DNA from: Heterodontus francisci
Taxonomy: Eukaryota
Assembly (NCBI RefSeq): GCF_036365525.1
Contig: NC_090396.1
Span: 24,156,283-24,220,282, forward strand
DNA: 64,000 nucleotides
Direction: 5' to 3'
In this document: piece by piece, positions 37,245-49,930 of the stretch
Layout: every line of letters starts with the position of its first letter
Numbering within the stretch: the stretch's first letter is position 1
Position numbers and translations under genes: made by a program
The notes under the pieces: generated by a model
Told to the model about the DNA's origin: nothing
The model's input: the letters and a program-made list of their open reading frames with translations, nothing else
Databases searched by the model: none

Positions 37245-38221
37245 TCAATATACGCAGGGCAACCGGGGATGGATTATAAGTACAGCCTTGTCAGTGTTGA
37301 CCACATCCCGAGAACAAATTAAAAAAAAACTCGCCACATTTAAAAGCTTCCTCATAGCTAACTCTTTGACCATACCTTTGGTGTCCTCTGTTTCCACCCC
37401 ATACTTCGTGAAGCACCTTGCAACATTCCTATACCGGTACAATCTCTTGTTGCTGCCTTCATTCACAAGTGTTTCCTTGGGCTGCTGTAGGATTTGCTCT
37501 GGGCCTAACACAGAGGGTGCGACCAGGAACAATTTCTGCTCATTTTTTGCCCTTTGCCATGACCAACATGTGGCTCTTCCTCTCTGTTTCTCCGAGATTC
37601 CGGGTCAGTGCTTCTGTTGCACTGCTTCTGACCTGGGTACCTGCCTTTGCTAGGGCAACGATCCTGCCCCCAGGATTTGGGACTGAGTCATGGAAGGACT
37701 AAAGTGTTGTGAGGAATTTCCGTCTTTACAGACATTCTTTCCCAAGTGTAATATTAATTTAACTAATTATGGTTAAATTGCAAATGCTCCTCTACCTGCC
37801 TTTCAACTTGCAATGTGAGGAAAAGGTGGAATTGAGGGCAGCAGAGAACTTCAAATTGGCTGCTTTTGCTGCTTGGCTCTCGCACATCACTGTAGCCTAT
37901 CTGCTGTTTAATGTTGGGAAGTCCTGATTATGATGGGACATTTGAAGTGCTCTGTTTCCACCATACAGTATGACTTCATGTTGCTCTCTACCCAACACCT
38001 ACACAATACATGTTTCAGTGCTGGTCATGAAGGCTGGCCAGCTGATTTGCTTCCTTGCCTCCCAGTTACTGTGCCGTGATTAACCATTAGGAAGATATCA
38101 GGATAGTCCAGAGTGTTTTGCCTACTTAATTTTGTCATTCACTCTACGAGGAAGACCTTAGGGCTCTGCTAACCACCTCCTCCCCCATCCTCGTCCCCCC
38201 TGATAACTTGGTTTTGTAGGG

Positions 38222-38655
38222 ATGGTGACTCAGTGGTAGCAATCTCACCTTTGAGTCAGATAGTTGTGGGTTGAAGTCCCACATCAGAGACTTGAGCACA
38301 AAATCTAAGCTGACAACCTAGGTTAACTACTGCCTTGTGGATGTGATGCTACACTGAGGCCTTATCAGTACTTTCAGGTAGATATAAAAGATTCCATGGC
38401 ACTATTTCGAAGAAGAGCAGGGGAGTTCTCCCTGCATTCTGGCCAATATTTATCCCTCAACCACCATGACTAAAACAGATTATCTGGTCATTATTACAAA
38501 GCAATTTGTGGGACCTCACTGTGTGCAAGTTAACTGCTGCGTTTCCTATTTTACAACAGTGACTACATTTCAAAAGCACTTCATTGGCTGTAAAGTGCTT
38601 TTGGACATACTGTTATTGTGAAAGGCACTATATAAATGCAAGTCTTTTTTATCTT
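38222..38655 (+). mobile_element. DeuSINE, near full length
   Basis: A-box-like tgactcagtggtag, B-box-like gggttgaagtccc, Deu-domain and tail ctatataaatgcaagtctttt. Confidence 0.88.
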
Positions 38656-39469
38656 TTCATCCTAGTGCTTATAGTGCCACATGATAAAGCTGGGACTCTC
38701 CATGTTTCTCAGCTAACACAAATCTTTTAACGTTTATCTTACAAATGTCCAGTAAAAGACTGCAGTTAATCCAATTAAACAATGTTGTTATTTTAATTAT
38801 AAAATCCAACACAAATCTTAATGAATCATGTGGCTTAGGAAGGTCGAAAAGCAGAGTGAAACCCGTCCAAGTCAAATAAATCAGGCTGTAGTGATCTCAT
38901 TACATTCACCAGAGACAATATCATTCTATTAAATCATTTTCTTGCTTGACAGGTGTACAGGAAATAACACAGAGCCAGAAAGCTAGAAATTTCGTATTTC
39001 CTGGCTTTGTTTTTTTAAATCTAAAGACTGCATATGGCTAATAGATCATCATTTATATAAATACCTGGTGATTCTTCATGGCTTCCTCACGGTGAGCTGG
39101 GTTAAATGCTGTATCTTTTAGCTGTGCATGTGATAACAAGCTGAGAGAGGTTAAATCAGCACTTTGGAGAGACACTATCAGGTGTTGATATTACTGAAAC
39201 GCTCAATTGTAATGGCAGAAATCAGACTGTATACCAAGGAGATCCTGAACGATGCATCTGTCTGCCTTTTTCTGAGGTGTGAATGGTAGGAATAATGCAC
39301 TCTACATTCTCTACAGCTTGAAGGAAACAGGTAAAGGGTTCAAATCAAAAAATAACTTGACATTATGCAGTGATAGACACAATAAATGTAATATATGGGC
39401 ACCTGTCAGATTTCTGGATTTTTGACCATTTGGCTGTGATTAGAGTTTGGTATAATTTATACTAATGTC

Positions 39470-39760
39470 TCAGTCTTGGCTCAGTCAAAAGGTTGTGGGT
39501 TCAAATCCTGCTCCAGAAACCTGAGCACAAAATCTAAGCTGACTGAGGGCGTGCTGAGGTGATGGATGAGACATTAAATGGAAGACCCATCTGCTCTCTC
39601 AGGTGGAAGAGAAAGGTCCCATCGCAATATTTGGAGAATAGCATGGGACTTCTCCCTACAATTTCTTACCTGCAATAATTATCCCTCAGCCAACAACTAA
39701 TAACATCATCACATTGCTGTTTATGGGAGCTTGCTGTGTACAAATTGTCTGTCACAGTTC
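39470..39760 (+). mobile_element. Degraded DeuSINE
   Basis: ggttgtgggttcaaatcc..ctctctcaggtggaag..ttgctgtttatgggagcttgctgtg. Confidence 0.7.
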
Positions 39761-39871
39761 CCTTGGGCTAAATTTTAACATGCCAGGGTGGGTGGGTTTA
39801 TGTGTGAATGACAGAATAAAACAGCTGAAAAAGCTGGCACGTTGGGAAGCCAGTCACAACTCCTCAGTTAT

Positions 39872-40698
39872 TGAAGCAGCCCGTGCCCACATGCAGGAAG
39901 ACTTGGACAACATTCAGACTTGGGATAATAAGTGGCAAGTAACATATGTGTGACACAAGTGTCAGGCAATGACCATCATTCAACAAGAAAGAATCTAACC
40001 ATCTCGAACTGTCCATCAGCATTATCATTGCTGAATCCCCCACTCTCAAAGTCCTGGGGTTACCATTGACCAGCCATATAAATAATGTGGCTACAAGAGC
40101 AGGTCAAAGGCTGGGAACTCTTCAGTGAGTAACTCACCTCCTGACTCCCCAAAGCCTGTCCACAGTCTACAAGGCACAAATCAGGAGTGTCATGGAATAC
40201 TCTCCACTTGCCTGGGTGGGTGCAGCTCCAACAACACTCAAGACTCTTGACACCATTCAGGACAAAGCAGCCCGCTTGACTGGCACCCCATCCACCACAT
40301 TAGACATTCACTCCCTCCACCACTGGCACACATTGGCAGCAGTGTGTACCATCTACAAGATGCACTGCAGCAACTTATCAAGGCTCCTTCGAAAGCACCC
40401 TCCAAACCCACGACCTCTACCACCTAGAAGGCAAGGGCAGCAGATTTATGGAACACCACCACCTTCAAGCTCCCCTCCAAGTCACACACCATCCTGACTT
40501 GGAACTATATCACTGCTCCTTCATTGTCGCTGGGTCAAAATCTTGGAACTCCCTCCCTAACAGGGTGTACCTACACCACATGGGCTGCAGCGGTTCAAGA
40601 GGCAGCTCACCACAACCTTCTCAAGGGCAATTAGGAATGGGCAATAAATGCTGGCCTAGCCAGCAATGCTCAACTCCCATGAACGAATAACAAAAAAT
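39872..40698 (+). mobile_element. LINE-B 3' fragment
   Basis: QEDLDNIQTW..KWQVT and MEYSPLAWVGAAPTTLKTLDTIQDKAARL; LINE-B tail. Confidence 0.9.
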
Positions 40699-41339
40699 AT
40701 AGATGAAGTATCAGAATACCAATGAACTGCACCATACCAAGCTTCAATGCATTTAGGAGTGGAGGGATGAAAAATAGAGAAGCAATTGCATGTGAAAAAC
40801 CTATGAATTATTTTACAGATTAAAAATTCCACATTTTACAAGAATTTTTCTGGAACCACAAACAAAATGTAAACAGCAAGTGATCAGATATTAGTAATTT
40901 TTCACTTAAATAAAAACAAAATGCTGCAGATTCTGAAAATTTGAAATCTGTTTCTCTCTGCACAGATGCTGTTAGACCTGCAGTGTATTTCTAGCACTTT
41001 CTGATATTATACTGGTAATCTTGCCTTATGTCAACAATAGTGTAAATAACTATTTCACCATGGCAATTAATTGAAATATGGATTCTAAGTAAAAATTTTT
41101 TCTTTTTGGTTGAATTTCTGTGTCCAGGATAGCGAGGAATGTTAGCTGTAGGAAATGGCATATGTTTTATACCCAGCAAAATGGAAAAAGTATTCTTTCC
41201 GGGTCAGGTATAATATAATCTGAAGTAGAGCAATGTTAAGGCCAATGGTGGTCTGAAACACACCTCATAATGGCATTACAACCTAGATTTTGGTGAAAGG
41301 CCCCATCTAAAATATTAACCTATTCTGTATCTTCCAAAT

Positions 41340-41665
41340 AAAAGTGAAATATTGCACATAGTAGAAATCTGAAGTGGTCCCATCATCACTCGCTTTTGTC
41401 TTGCATCATCATTCCTTTTGCCATTTAATCATTTCTGCCCTCCACCATATTGCAGACCTTCCCTTTTGTCCTTTTCCTGCCCACCTTCTCCCTGGCTCCA
41501 AACTTGCTTAAAAACCGTTTATCTCTAACGTCTTCCACTTCTGATGAAAGATCACTGACCTGAACCGCTAACTCTGTTTCCCTCTCTATAGATGCTGACT
41601 GGCCTGCTACGCATTTGCAACATTTTCTGTTTCTAATTCAAATTTCCAGCCTTCGGGACTTTCTC
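41340..41665 (+). mobile_element. Penelope-like element 3'/terminal fragment with a degenerate hammerhead core (related piece at 40910-41015)
   Basis: ctgatgaaagatcactgacctgaac..actctgtttccctctctatagatgctg..cattttctgttt. Confidence 0.6.
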
Positions 41666-42779
41666 CCTTTTATCTCTACTTGCATCCATCCAGCCTTCCT
41701 CAAAGCTTTCTGGCCAACATTACTCCCTCAATCAATACTGCAAAAAACAGATTAATTGGTCATTGCCACTGTGGCACCATTCTGTGTGCAAAATGGCCAC
41801 ATTTGTGTTCATTAGCATAGCAACAGCAATAGACCTCTGAAAGTGATGCATTGGACATGACATTTTGAGAGATCTGCTAAAGTGGTGTAAAAATATAACT
41901 TCTTACAATTTGCCTAAGACGAATAGTTGCGCTGAGATGATAGAAGGGACTGGACCGCCCTCACAGAGTCAGACAGTTAATCAACCAGTGTGTAGAGTGG
42001 GAAGTGGGAAACATTTATTAAATTTTTTGACAAGGAGTGAACAGCTGTTGATTTCTTTATGCTCTCTCCAAGTCTGGTGACTAGATAACAGGACGATTGA
42101 TTTGATCGAATTTTTCCGACATACCAAAAGCCACTGCATTCCAAAGATTGATTTGCTGTGTTGAACATCTTCAACCTAGTTTGACAATGTGACAGGCATT
42201 ATGCTGAGACCTGCATTATTCCTCCCTACCCCCAACCCCTCCTTATTCCAAAGGTTGACTTCCGACCCGTGGCAGAGCAATCAGTAAAATGCTTTGCTTG
42301 GCACCAGCTTGATTACGATCAGCTGCCTGTGGAGCCGAGGAAAAGCAGCAAAGAGAGAGAAAAATATTTAAATGTCATTATGGTGACATTGTAATGTCCC
42401 TTCCTCATGGGGAGGAAGTGAGGTTTAGAAATGTACTTTTACTTGCTAAGCAAACCTGTATTAATTGCTGACTCCCAGGCCATTAAGGCTCCACTCAAAA
42501 TTGACTAAACTGCTTTAAGACTGCCAATTAACACAAGAACAGAGTTTGGGTGTTAAAGGTACACTGCATTTATTATTACTGCGAGACATAGTACATTCTT
42601 TGACATCCATTCCCTTGAAGCCAAACCTAGTAAGCCACATTCTGCCAAGATTGTTATCCGTAGTTTAAAAATTACTTGTGTTTTCTAAACTTTTTCTCAT
42701 CCTGAGTGTTTGTTCCCAATTTGTATTCCCAACATTTATGAAATATTCTCCATTGAGAAGTTTGGTACGTAGCTCCTGC

Positions 42780-43035
42780 TCATGTTGTCAACCCTCCTGG
42801 ATTGTCCTGGACTCTCCAGGAATTAAAGACTAATGTCTTGGACACCACTGCTAGCAACCCCGGAGAAAAATCAGCGGGGCATTAAGAACAACTGTGTGCT
42901 TTTCTTGACTTTGTTTTGAACATTTTCATTTATTAGTTATCGAAATATTGGAGTTGGGAAAAACGGCTGTTTGACTGGGCAGAGCAATTGGATAAAACCT
43001 CCAAGAATATGTCCAAACAGAGTTGGCAACTCTAC
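42780..43035. mobile_element. Small hAT-like MITE (TAGGGTTGCCA-type ends)
   Basis: Left end atgttgtcaaccctcc, right end gttggcaactcta. A related piece lies near 28670-28725. Confidence 0.45.
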
Positions 43036-43405
43036 GCTGAACTCGTCAAAGATTGAGAGGGGGAGCAAGCTTGGAATAATATTAATTTGCTGTCAAACAG
43101 TAGATAAAGCCACAAAAAAGTGAAACCATTTCCTTGGATTATTTTTTTTAAATTTCCAAAATATACTTTATTTGTAAAAATCTGTAAAAAATACATGACA
43201 AAACAGTTCTAAACAGCACCAAGTCACAAAAATACAAACAGTGCAAAGAAGGTCAGTTTCCTTCAATACAGGAGTGAGTTGTCTCACAATCCTTCCATTT
43301 CATTTTTCATGCCATATACATTTTACAGCAAACGAAAATGTTTCTGATACAGTTCGAGGGGTTTTCCATGGATCCAGCCCCTCAGTTCAGCTTGGTGGGG
43401 GGACC

Positions 43406-46400
43406 TTACACAGTGGTCTTTCCCCATTGAGCCTTTGCTGCGGCTGCTCCAAGCTTTAGTGCGTCCCTCAGCACGTAGTCCTGGACCTTGGAATGTGCCA
43501 GTCTGCAATATTCGGTCGTGGACAATTCTGTGCGCTGGAAGACCAGCAAGTTTCGGGCAACCAAAGGGCATCTTTCACCGAATTGATAGTCCTCCAGCAG
43601 CAGTTGATGTTTGTCTCGGTGTGCGTCCCTGGGAACAGCCCGTAGAGCACAGACTCCTGTGTTACAGAGCTGCTTGGGATGAACCTCGACAAAAACCACT
43701 GCATCTCTTTCCACATCTGCTTTGCAAAGACACATTCCAGAAGGTGGTGGGCAACCGTCTCTTCTCCACCACAGCCACCTCGAGGGCATTGTGCGGAGGG
43801 GGTGAGACTTCGGGCGTGCAGGAAGGATCTGACGGGGAGGGCTCTTCTCACCACCAGCCAAGCTACATCTTGGTGCTTTTTGAAAGTTCTGGTGATGAGG
43901 CATTCCGCCAAATCACTTTGACGGTCTGCTTGGGGAACCATCCGACAGGATCTACCATCTCCTTTTCCCGTAGGGCCTTGGGGACATTCGTGCCGACCAC
44001 TGCCTGATGGATCGGTGGTCAAAGGTGTTTTTCCACAGAAACTGCTCAACGAAGGATAGGTGGTACGGCACAGTCCAACTGGATGGAGCGTTTCCGCGGC
44101 AATGTGACCAGGCCCATCCTTCGCAACACCGGGGACAGATAGAACCTCAGCATGTAGTGACACTTGGAGTTTGCATACTGGAGGTCTACACACAGCTTGA
44201 TGCAGCTGCACACAAAGGTGGTCATCAGGATGAGGGCGATGTTGGGTACATTTTTCCTGCCCTTATCCAGAGGTTTGAACATCGTGTCCATCCGGACCCG
44301 GTCCATTTTGGATCCCCAGATGAAGCGGAAAATGGCTCGGGTGACCACCACAGCGCAGGAGTGGGGTATGGGCCAGACCTGCGCCACATACAGCAACAAC
44401 GTGAGCGCCTTGCACCTGATGACCAGGTTCTTACCCACAATGGAGAGAGATCGCTGCTCCCATATGCTCAGCTTGTGTTGTACCCTGGCTACTCGCTCCT
44501 CCCAGGTTTTGGTGCACGCCCTGGCCCTTCTGAACCATATCCCCACTACCCTTCAGGTAGTCTGACCTGACGGTGAAAGGGGCAAAGGATCGGTCAGCCC
44601 AGTTCCCAAATAACATGGCCTCGCTCTTGCCGTGGTTATCTTTGGCTCCTGAGGCCAGTTCGAACTGGTCGCAGATGCTCATCAGTCTGCGCACAGACAG
44701 CGGATCCGAGCAGAAGACAGCGACGTCATCCATGTACAGGGAGGTTTTAACCTGAGTGCCTCCACTGCCTGGGATTGTCACTCCTCTTATGCTCGCATCC
44801 TTCCTAATAGACTCAGCAAAGGGTTCAATACAGCAAACAAACAAGACCGGGGAGAGAGGACAGCCCTGTCTGACTCCAGATTGGATCGGGAAACTTTTTG
44901 ATTCCCACCCATTTATTGAGACTGCGCTACTGATGTTTGTGTAGAGCAGTTTGATCCAATTGCAGATTCCCTCCTCAAACCCCATTTTGGAAAGCACGTC
45001 CATCATGTAGGTGTGCGATATCCTGTCAAAAGCCTTCTCCTGGTCCAGGCTGATGAGGCAGGTGTCCACCCTCCTGTCCCGTACATAGGCAATCATATCC
45101 CTGAGTAGTGCGAGACTATCGGAGATCTTCCTGCCGGGTACAGTACAGGTCTGATCAGGGTGGATCACCAACTCCAGAGCAGACTTGATTCGACTGGCTA
45201 TGACTTTGGACAGAATCTTGTAGTCAACATTAAGCAGTGAGATGGGCCTCCAATTTCTGATTTCTGCCCTCTCCCCCTTCCGCTTGTAGATGAGGGTGAT
45301 GATGCCTTTCCTCATGGATTCTGACATGCTGCCAGCCAGGAGCATTCTCTCGTATACTTCCAGCAAGTCCTGGGCTTCGCGTCATACAGCCCAGCATAGA
45401 AGGATTTGCTGATCCTTAGTATGTCGGACTGCGAAGACGTTACCGAGCCATCCTCTTCCTTCAGGCTGCTGATAACAGAGCTCGCTCTGTGTACCTTTTG
45501 GAAGAAGTAACGCAAGCACGTCTCATCCTGCTCAATGGAGCAGACTCTGGACCAGAAGAAGATCTTGGAGGCCTCCGTAGCAAAGAGCGAGGCCTGCTGG
45601 CTCTTCACCTCATGTAGTTCCTCCGTGACCTCGACCCCCATCGACTGCAGCCGGAGCAGATTTTGCATACTTTTCTGGAGTCGGGACATTTTCCTCTGTC
45701 TTTCTCTCGACCTCTGAACATCTTTGAGGATAAAGAACCTCTTGATGTTCTCCTTGATCCCTTCCCACCAGTGAACTGGAGATTCAAAAAGGGGTTTCAC
45801 GGTCCTCCAACCTTTGCAATCCCTTTTGAGTTCCTCAACGTTCTCTGGGGTTAGCAGTGTAGCACTGAGCTTCCATATCCCCCTGCCAACCCGCTGGTCG
45901 TCCTGTAACTGACAGTCGGCCAGTAAGAGGCAATGGTTGGAGAAGAACACCGGCTTGACGTTGGTGGATCTGACCATGACAGCACGGGACACAAACAGGA
46001 AGTCAATCCTGGAACGGGCAGACCCGTCTGTTCTTGACTAGGTGTATCTACGCTGCGCTCCGTCTGCAGGTTCGCTGAAGACTTCTTGCATTTTGTCATC
46101 TTTTACTGTTTCGATGAGGAATCTGGACGTAGCGTCCAGTTTGCTGTCGTCTCTGCCGGATCGTCCAGCTGCATCGATGATGCTGTTGAAGTCACCGCCT
46201 AGGATGACCGGCCTGGACATTGCCAGCAGCAGTGGGAGCTGCTGGAAGACGGTGAGCCGCTCGCTGTATTGAACTGGGGCGTACACGTTGATCAACCGGA
46301 GCGGAGCATTGTTGTACATTACATTTGCTACGAGGAGGGGACCGCTCACCACCTCCTTAACTTCGGAGATGGTGAAGTTACCTCCCCGCAGCAGAATACC

Positions 46401-46616
46401 CAGGCCGGAGGAACGGCAATCGTTTCCCCCTGACCAGATTGATGGTCCGTGGGACCACCATCGCAACCATTGCCTGTAGGTGCTGAGGTGTGATATTCCA
46501 CACTCCTGCAGAAACAGTAGGTTGGCTTTGACCTTGGCGAGGTAATCCAAGGTTGAAACACATCACGTAATGGATTTAATGCTACGCATATTAATTGAAG
46601 CAATCCTTATACCCAT
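43406..46616 (-). pseudogene. Tx1 ORF2 (APE endonuclease, reverse transcriptase, zf-RVT-like), disrupted
   Basis: MGIRIASIN.., LLFLQEC, LINVYAP, ILGGDFN, NWRPISLLNVDYKIL, SLDQEKAFDRI, GVRQGCPLSP, YMDD and CPRGGCGGEETVAHHLLEC, with several stops and frameshifts. Confidence 0.92.
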
Positions 46617-46626
46617 TTTTTAAAAG

Positions 46627-47940
46627 TTAGTTGTTGCTTCCCATACCATTTGTCCTTGCTAGTCCCAGTCCTTCGGGATGTTCCTGCATACCCATAGTGT
46701 ACACAAGCTGTTTCACATTTGTTGGGCTCAGAAACCCCTCCTGGTTTTCCATGCAGGGTTTGTTCCGCTGGGGTGACCTTGGGGGGGGGGGGTGGGGTCT
46801 TGTAGGCAGCAAGGACTGGGCTGTCCTCTGCTGCTTCCCTCTGTTCCTCCTCGAAAACATCACTGCTCCCGCTTCCCGGAGCTGAGGTGCGCCAGACGTG
46901 TCTTTGCTCTCGGTGTCCCAGAGCTGGGATGCGCTGGTCATGTCGCTAGGTGTGGCGCTTTGGGGTTGGGGTGCGCCGGGCCCATCACAGCTTCCAGTGC
47001 CCGGGGGCTGGGGGGCTTTATCTTCCAGCTCCTTTGAGTTCTGCCGCCTCTTTTGAAGGTGCCGTCATTCCTGCACTTCCTCGTCCAGTGAAGAGGAGCT
47101 GCTGTAGTCTGTCTCAGAAGGTAGCCTCCTCTTGCCACTGGTTTGGGTGGTGGCCTGTTCTGATTTTGGAGGTTTTTTCTTTGTGGTTTTCCTTTGTACC
47201 AATTGGCACTGACCTGTTTGTCCATCTGCTGCCTCCTCCTCCATTGATTCTGTCTGTGGAGGAGGGGTTTCCGGGCGCAGGGTAGGTGCTGGGTCACTGG
47301 TTTCAGCTGCCTCCCCTTTCTTCTCCTTCTCAGGTAGACTTTCCTCACTGTGGAGAAGGTTGCTTGTCTCCTTTCCAGCACCGGAAGCCTTTGTCGTTCC
47401 TTCTCCCGGCCTTTCCTTGGACCTTGCCGCCTGAGCATAACTGAGGCAGTGTTTGGGGCAGGTTTTGTAGAGGTGGCCTGCCGCACCGCACAAGTTGCAA
47501 CATTTACTCTGATTACAGTCCTTGGTCTGATGGCCTTCCTTCTTGCAGTTCTTGCAGACACCCGTGCTGCAGTTAGCTGCCACGTGATCAGATTTGCCAC
47601 AGGTGCGGCAAACTCTGGGCTGCCCAGTGTAGACCAAGAAGCCTCGACTTCCCCCGATAGCAAAGTTGGAGGGAGGGTGGATGATGGCTCCATTGGCATC
47701 AACCTTCAAGGTCACCTTGACCTGCCGCTTGCTGGTCCAAATCCCAAATGGGTCCTTGACATCAGTACTGCTGCCAGCCATCACGATGTACCTGGCGAGA
47801 AAGGTGAGTACATCCACGACCGGAACATGGGGGTTGTAGAGGTGAATCGTCACCACCCGGTCCCGTTGTGATGGAAGTGTGAAGAGCGGCTCCGCTGTGA
47901 GGATGGACAGTGGCGCCAGGTCCCCTTTCTCCTTGAACGC
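46627..47940 (-). pseudogene. Tx1 ORF1 (gag-like zinc-knuckle RNA-binding protein), 5'-truncated and frameshifted
   Basis: YTGQPRVCRTCGKSDHVAANC..CKNCKKEGHQTKDC..CNLCGAAGHLYKTC gives three CX2CX4HX4C knuckles. The stop at 46627 is 10 nt before the ORF2 ATG. Confidence 0.9.
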
Positions 47941-48237
47941 CAAGTTTCGGGCAGACCAACGGGTGTCTTTCACTGAATTGTTAGACCTCCAGCAGCAGTT
48001 GATGTTTGTCTTGGTGTGCGTCCCTGGGAACAGTCCATAGAGCACAGACTCCTGTGTACAGAGCTGCTTGGGATGAACCTCGACAAAAACCACTGCATCT
48101 CTTTCCACACCTGCTTTGCAAAGACACATTCCAGAAGGTGGTGGGCAACCGTCTCTTCCCCACCACAGCCACCACGAGGGCATTGTGCGGAGGGGGTGAG
48201 ACTTCGGGCGTGCAGGCAGGGCGATTTCCTTGGATTA

Positions 48238-49635
48238 TTTTTTTTTTATTTCCAAAATATACTTTATTGATAAAAATCTGCAAAAATTACATTGCCAAAC
48301 AGTTTCAAACAGCACCAAAAAATACAAACATTGCAAGGGAGATCAGTTTCCTTCAAAACTATCATGTGTTTCTTCACAACCCTTCCATTTCACAATTGTC
48401 GTGCCAATTACAGTTTTACATTTACAGCAAATGAAAATATTAACGATACAGTTCGAGGGGTTTCCCATGGATCCAGCCCCTCAGTTCAGCTTGGTGGGGG
48501 GACCTTACACTGTGGTCTTTCCCCATTGAGCCTTTGCTGCGGCTGCCCCAAGCTTTAGTGCGTCCCTCAGCACGTAGTCCTGGACCTTGGAATGTGCCAG
48601 TCTGCAACATTCGGTGGTGGACAACTCTTTGCGCTGGAAGACCAGCAAGTTTCGGGCAGACCAAAGGACGTCTTTCACCGAATTGATAGTCCTCCAGCAG
48701 CAGTTGATGTTTGTCTCGGTGTGCGTCCCTGGGAACAGCCCGTAGAGCACAGACTCCCGTGTTACAGAGCTGCTTGGGATGAACCTCGACAAAAACCACT
48801 GCATCTCTTTCCACACCTGTTTTGCAAAGACACATTCCGGGAGGAGGTGGGCGACCGTCTCTTCCCCACCACAGCCAATGCGGGGGCACTGTGCGGAGGG
48901 GGCGAGACTTTGGGTGTGCATGAAGGATCTGACGGGGAGGGCCCTTCTCACCACCAGCCAAGCTACGTCTTGGTGCTTGTTTGAAAGTTCTGGTGATGAG
49001 GCATTCCGCCAAATGACTTTGACGGTCTGCTTGGGGAACCATCCGACAGGATCCACCGTATCCTTTTCCCGTAGGGCCTTGAGGACATTCCGTGCAGACC
49101 ACTGCCTGATGGGATGGACCGGTGGTCAAAGGTGTTTTCCCGCAGAAACTGCTCCACGAAGGATAGGTGGTACGGCACGGCCCAACTGCATGGAGCGTTC
49201 CGCGGCAATGTGGCCAAGCCCATCCTTCGCAACACCGGGGACAGATAGAACCTCAGCACGTAGTGACACTTGGAGCTTGCGTACTGGAGGTCTACACATA
49301 GCTTGATGCAGCCGCACACAAAGGTGGTCATTAGGATGAGGGCCACGTTGGGTACATTTTTCCCGCCCTTGTCCAGAGATTTGAACATCGTGTCCCTCCG
49401 GACCCGGTCCATTTTAGATCCCCAGACGAAGCGGAAAATGGCTCGGGTGACTGCCACGGCGCAGGAGTGGGGTATGGGCCAGACCTGCGCCACGTAGAGC
49501 AACAACGTGAGCGCCTCGCACCTGATGACCAGGTTCTTACCCACAATGGAGAGAGATCGCTGCCCCCACATGCCCAACTTTTGTCGTACCTTGGCTACTC
49601 GCTCCTCCCATGTTTTGGTGCATCCCCCGGCCCAA
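48238..49635 (-). mobile_element. Tx1-clade element copy B, 5'-truncated (ORF2 3' end, 3' UTR, poly(A))
   Basis: Homologous to 43142-44530; the ORF ends AAAKAQWGKTTV and poly-T lies at 48238. Confidence 0.92.
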
Positions 49636-49714
49636 TCGCACCTGCATCCACTGGTAAATGAGACTTTAACAAATGGGCAACAATTTAAAATAATCATATA
49701 TAAAGAATGAAAGG

Positions 49715-49930
49715 GAAGATTGGATTAAAACAAATGACATAGAGGGTGGGTAAGATATGGAATTCACTGCCACAAACCAAAGTCTATTAATACTTTAAAA
49801 AAGAATTCGATAATTGCTAAAGGGTATGGGCAAGGGATTAGGATTGGGTTTAGGCTGGTTGCCTTGTGGAGAAAAGCCACAGACGCAGACCTGATAGGCT
49901 GAATGGCCTCTTTCTGTGCTGCAATATTCA
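49715..49930 (+). mobile_element. Old CR1 3' end
   Basis: atggaattcactgccac..gataggctgaatggcctctttctgtgctg. Confidence 0.65.

Larger units (their letters stand above)
43142..48223 (-). mobile_element. Tx1-clade non-LTR retrotransposon (copy A): 5'-truncated ORF1, ORF2, 3' UTR and poly(A), with a 14-bp TSD
   Basis: Gag-like ORF1 with CCHC knuckles; ORF2 with APE, RT and a C-terminal zinc-binding region; poly-T at 43142. TSD ATTTCCTTGGATTA at 43128-43141 / 48224-48237. Confidence 0.93.

Noticed and set aside
37440-37710. Unique moderately GC-rich segment with ORFs on both strands
   Set aside because: No recognisable protein motif or splice-site pair.
47065-48183. 372-aa ORF as a novel host zinc-knuckle gene
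   Set aside because: It is a chance in-frame fusion of a Tx1 ORF2 3' fragment with the truncated Tx1 ORF1.
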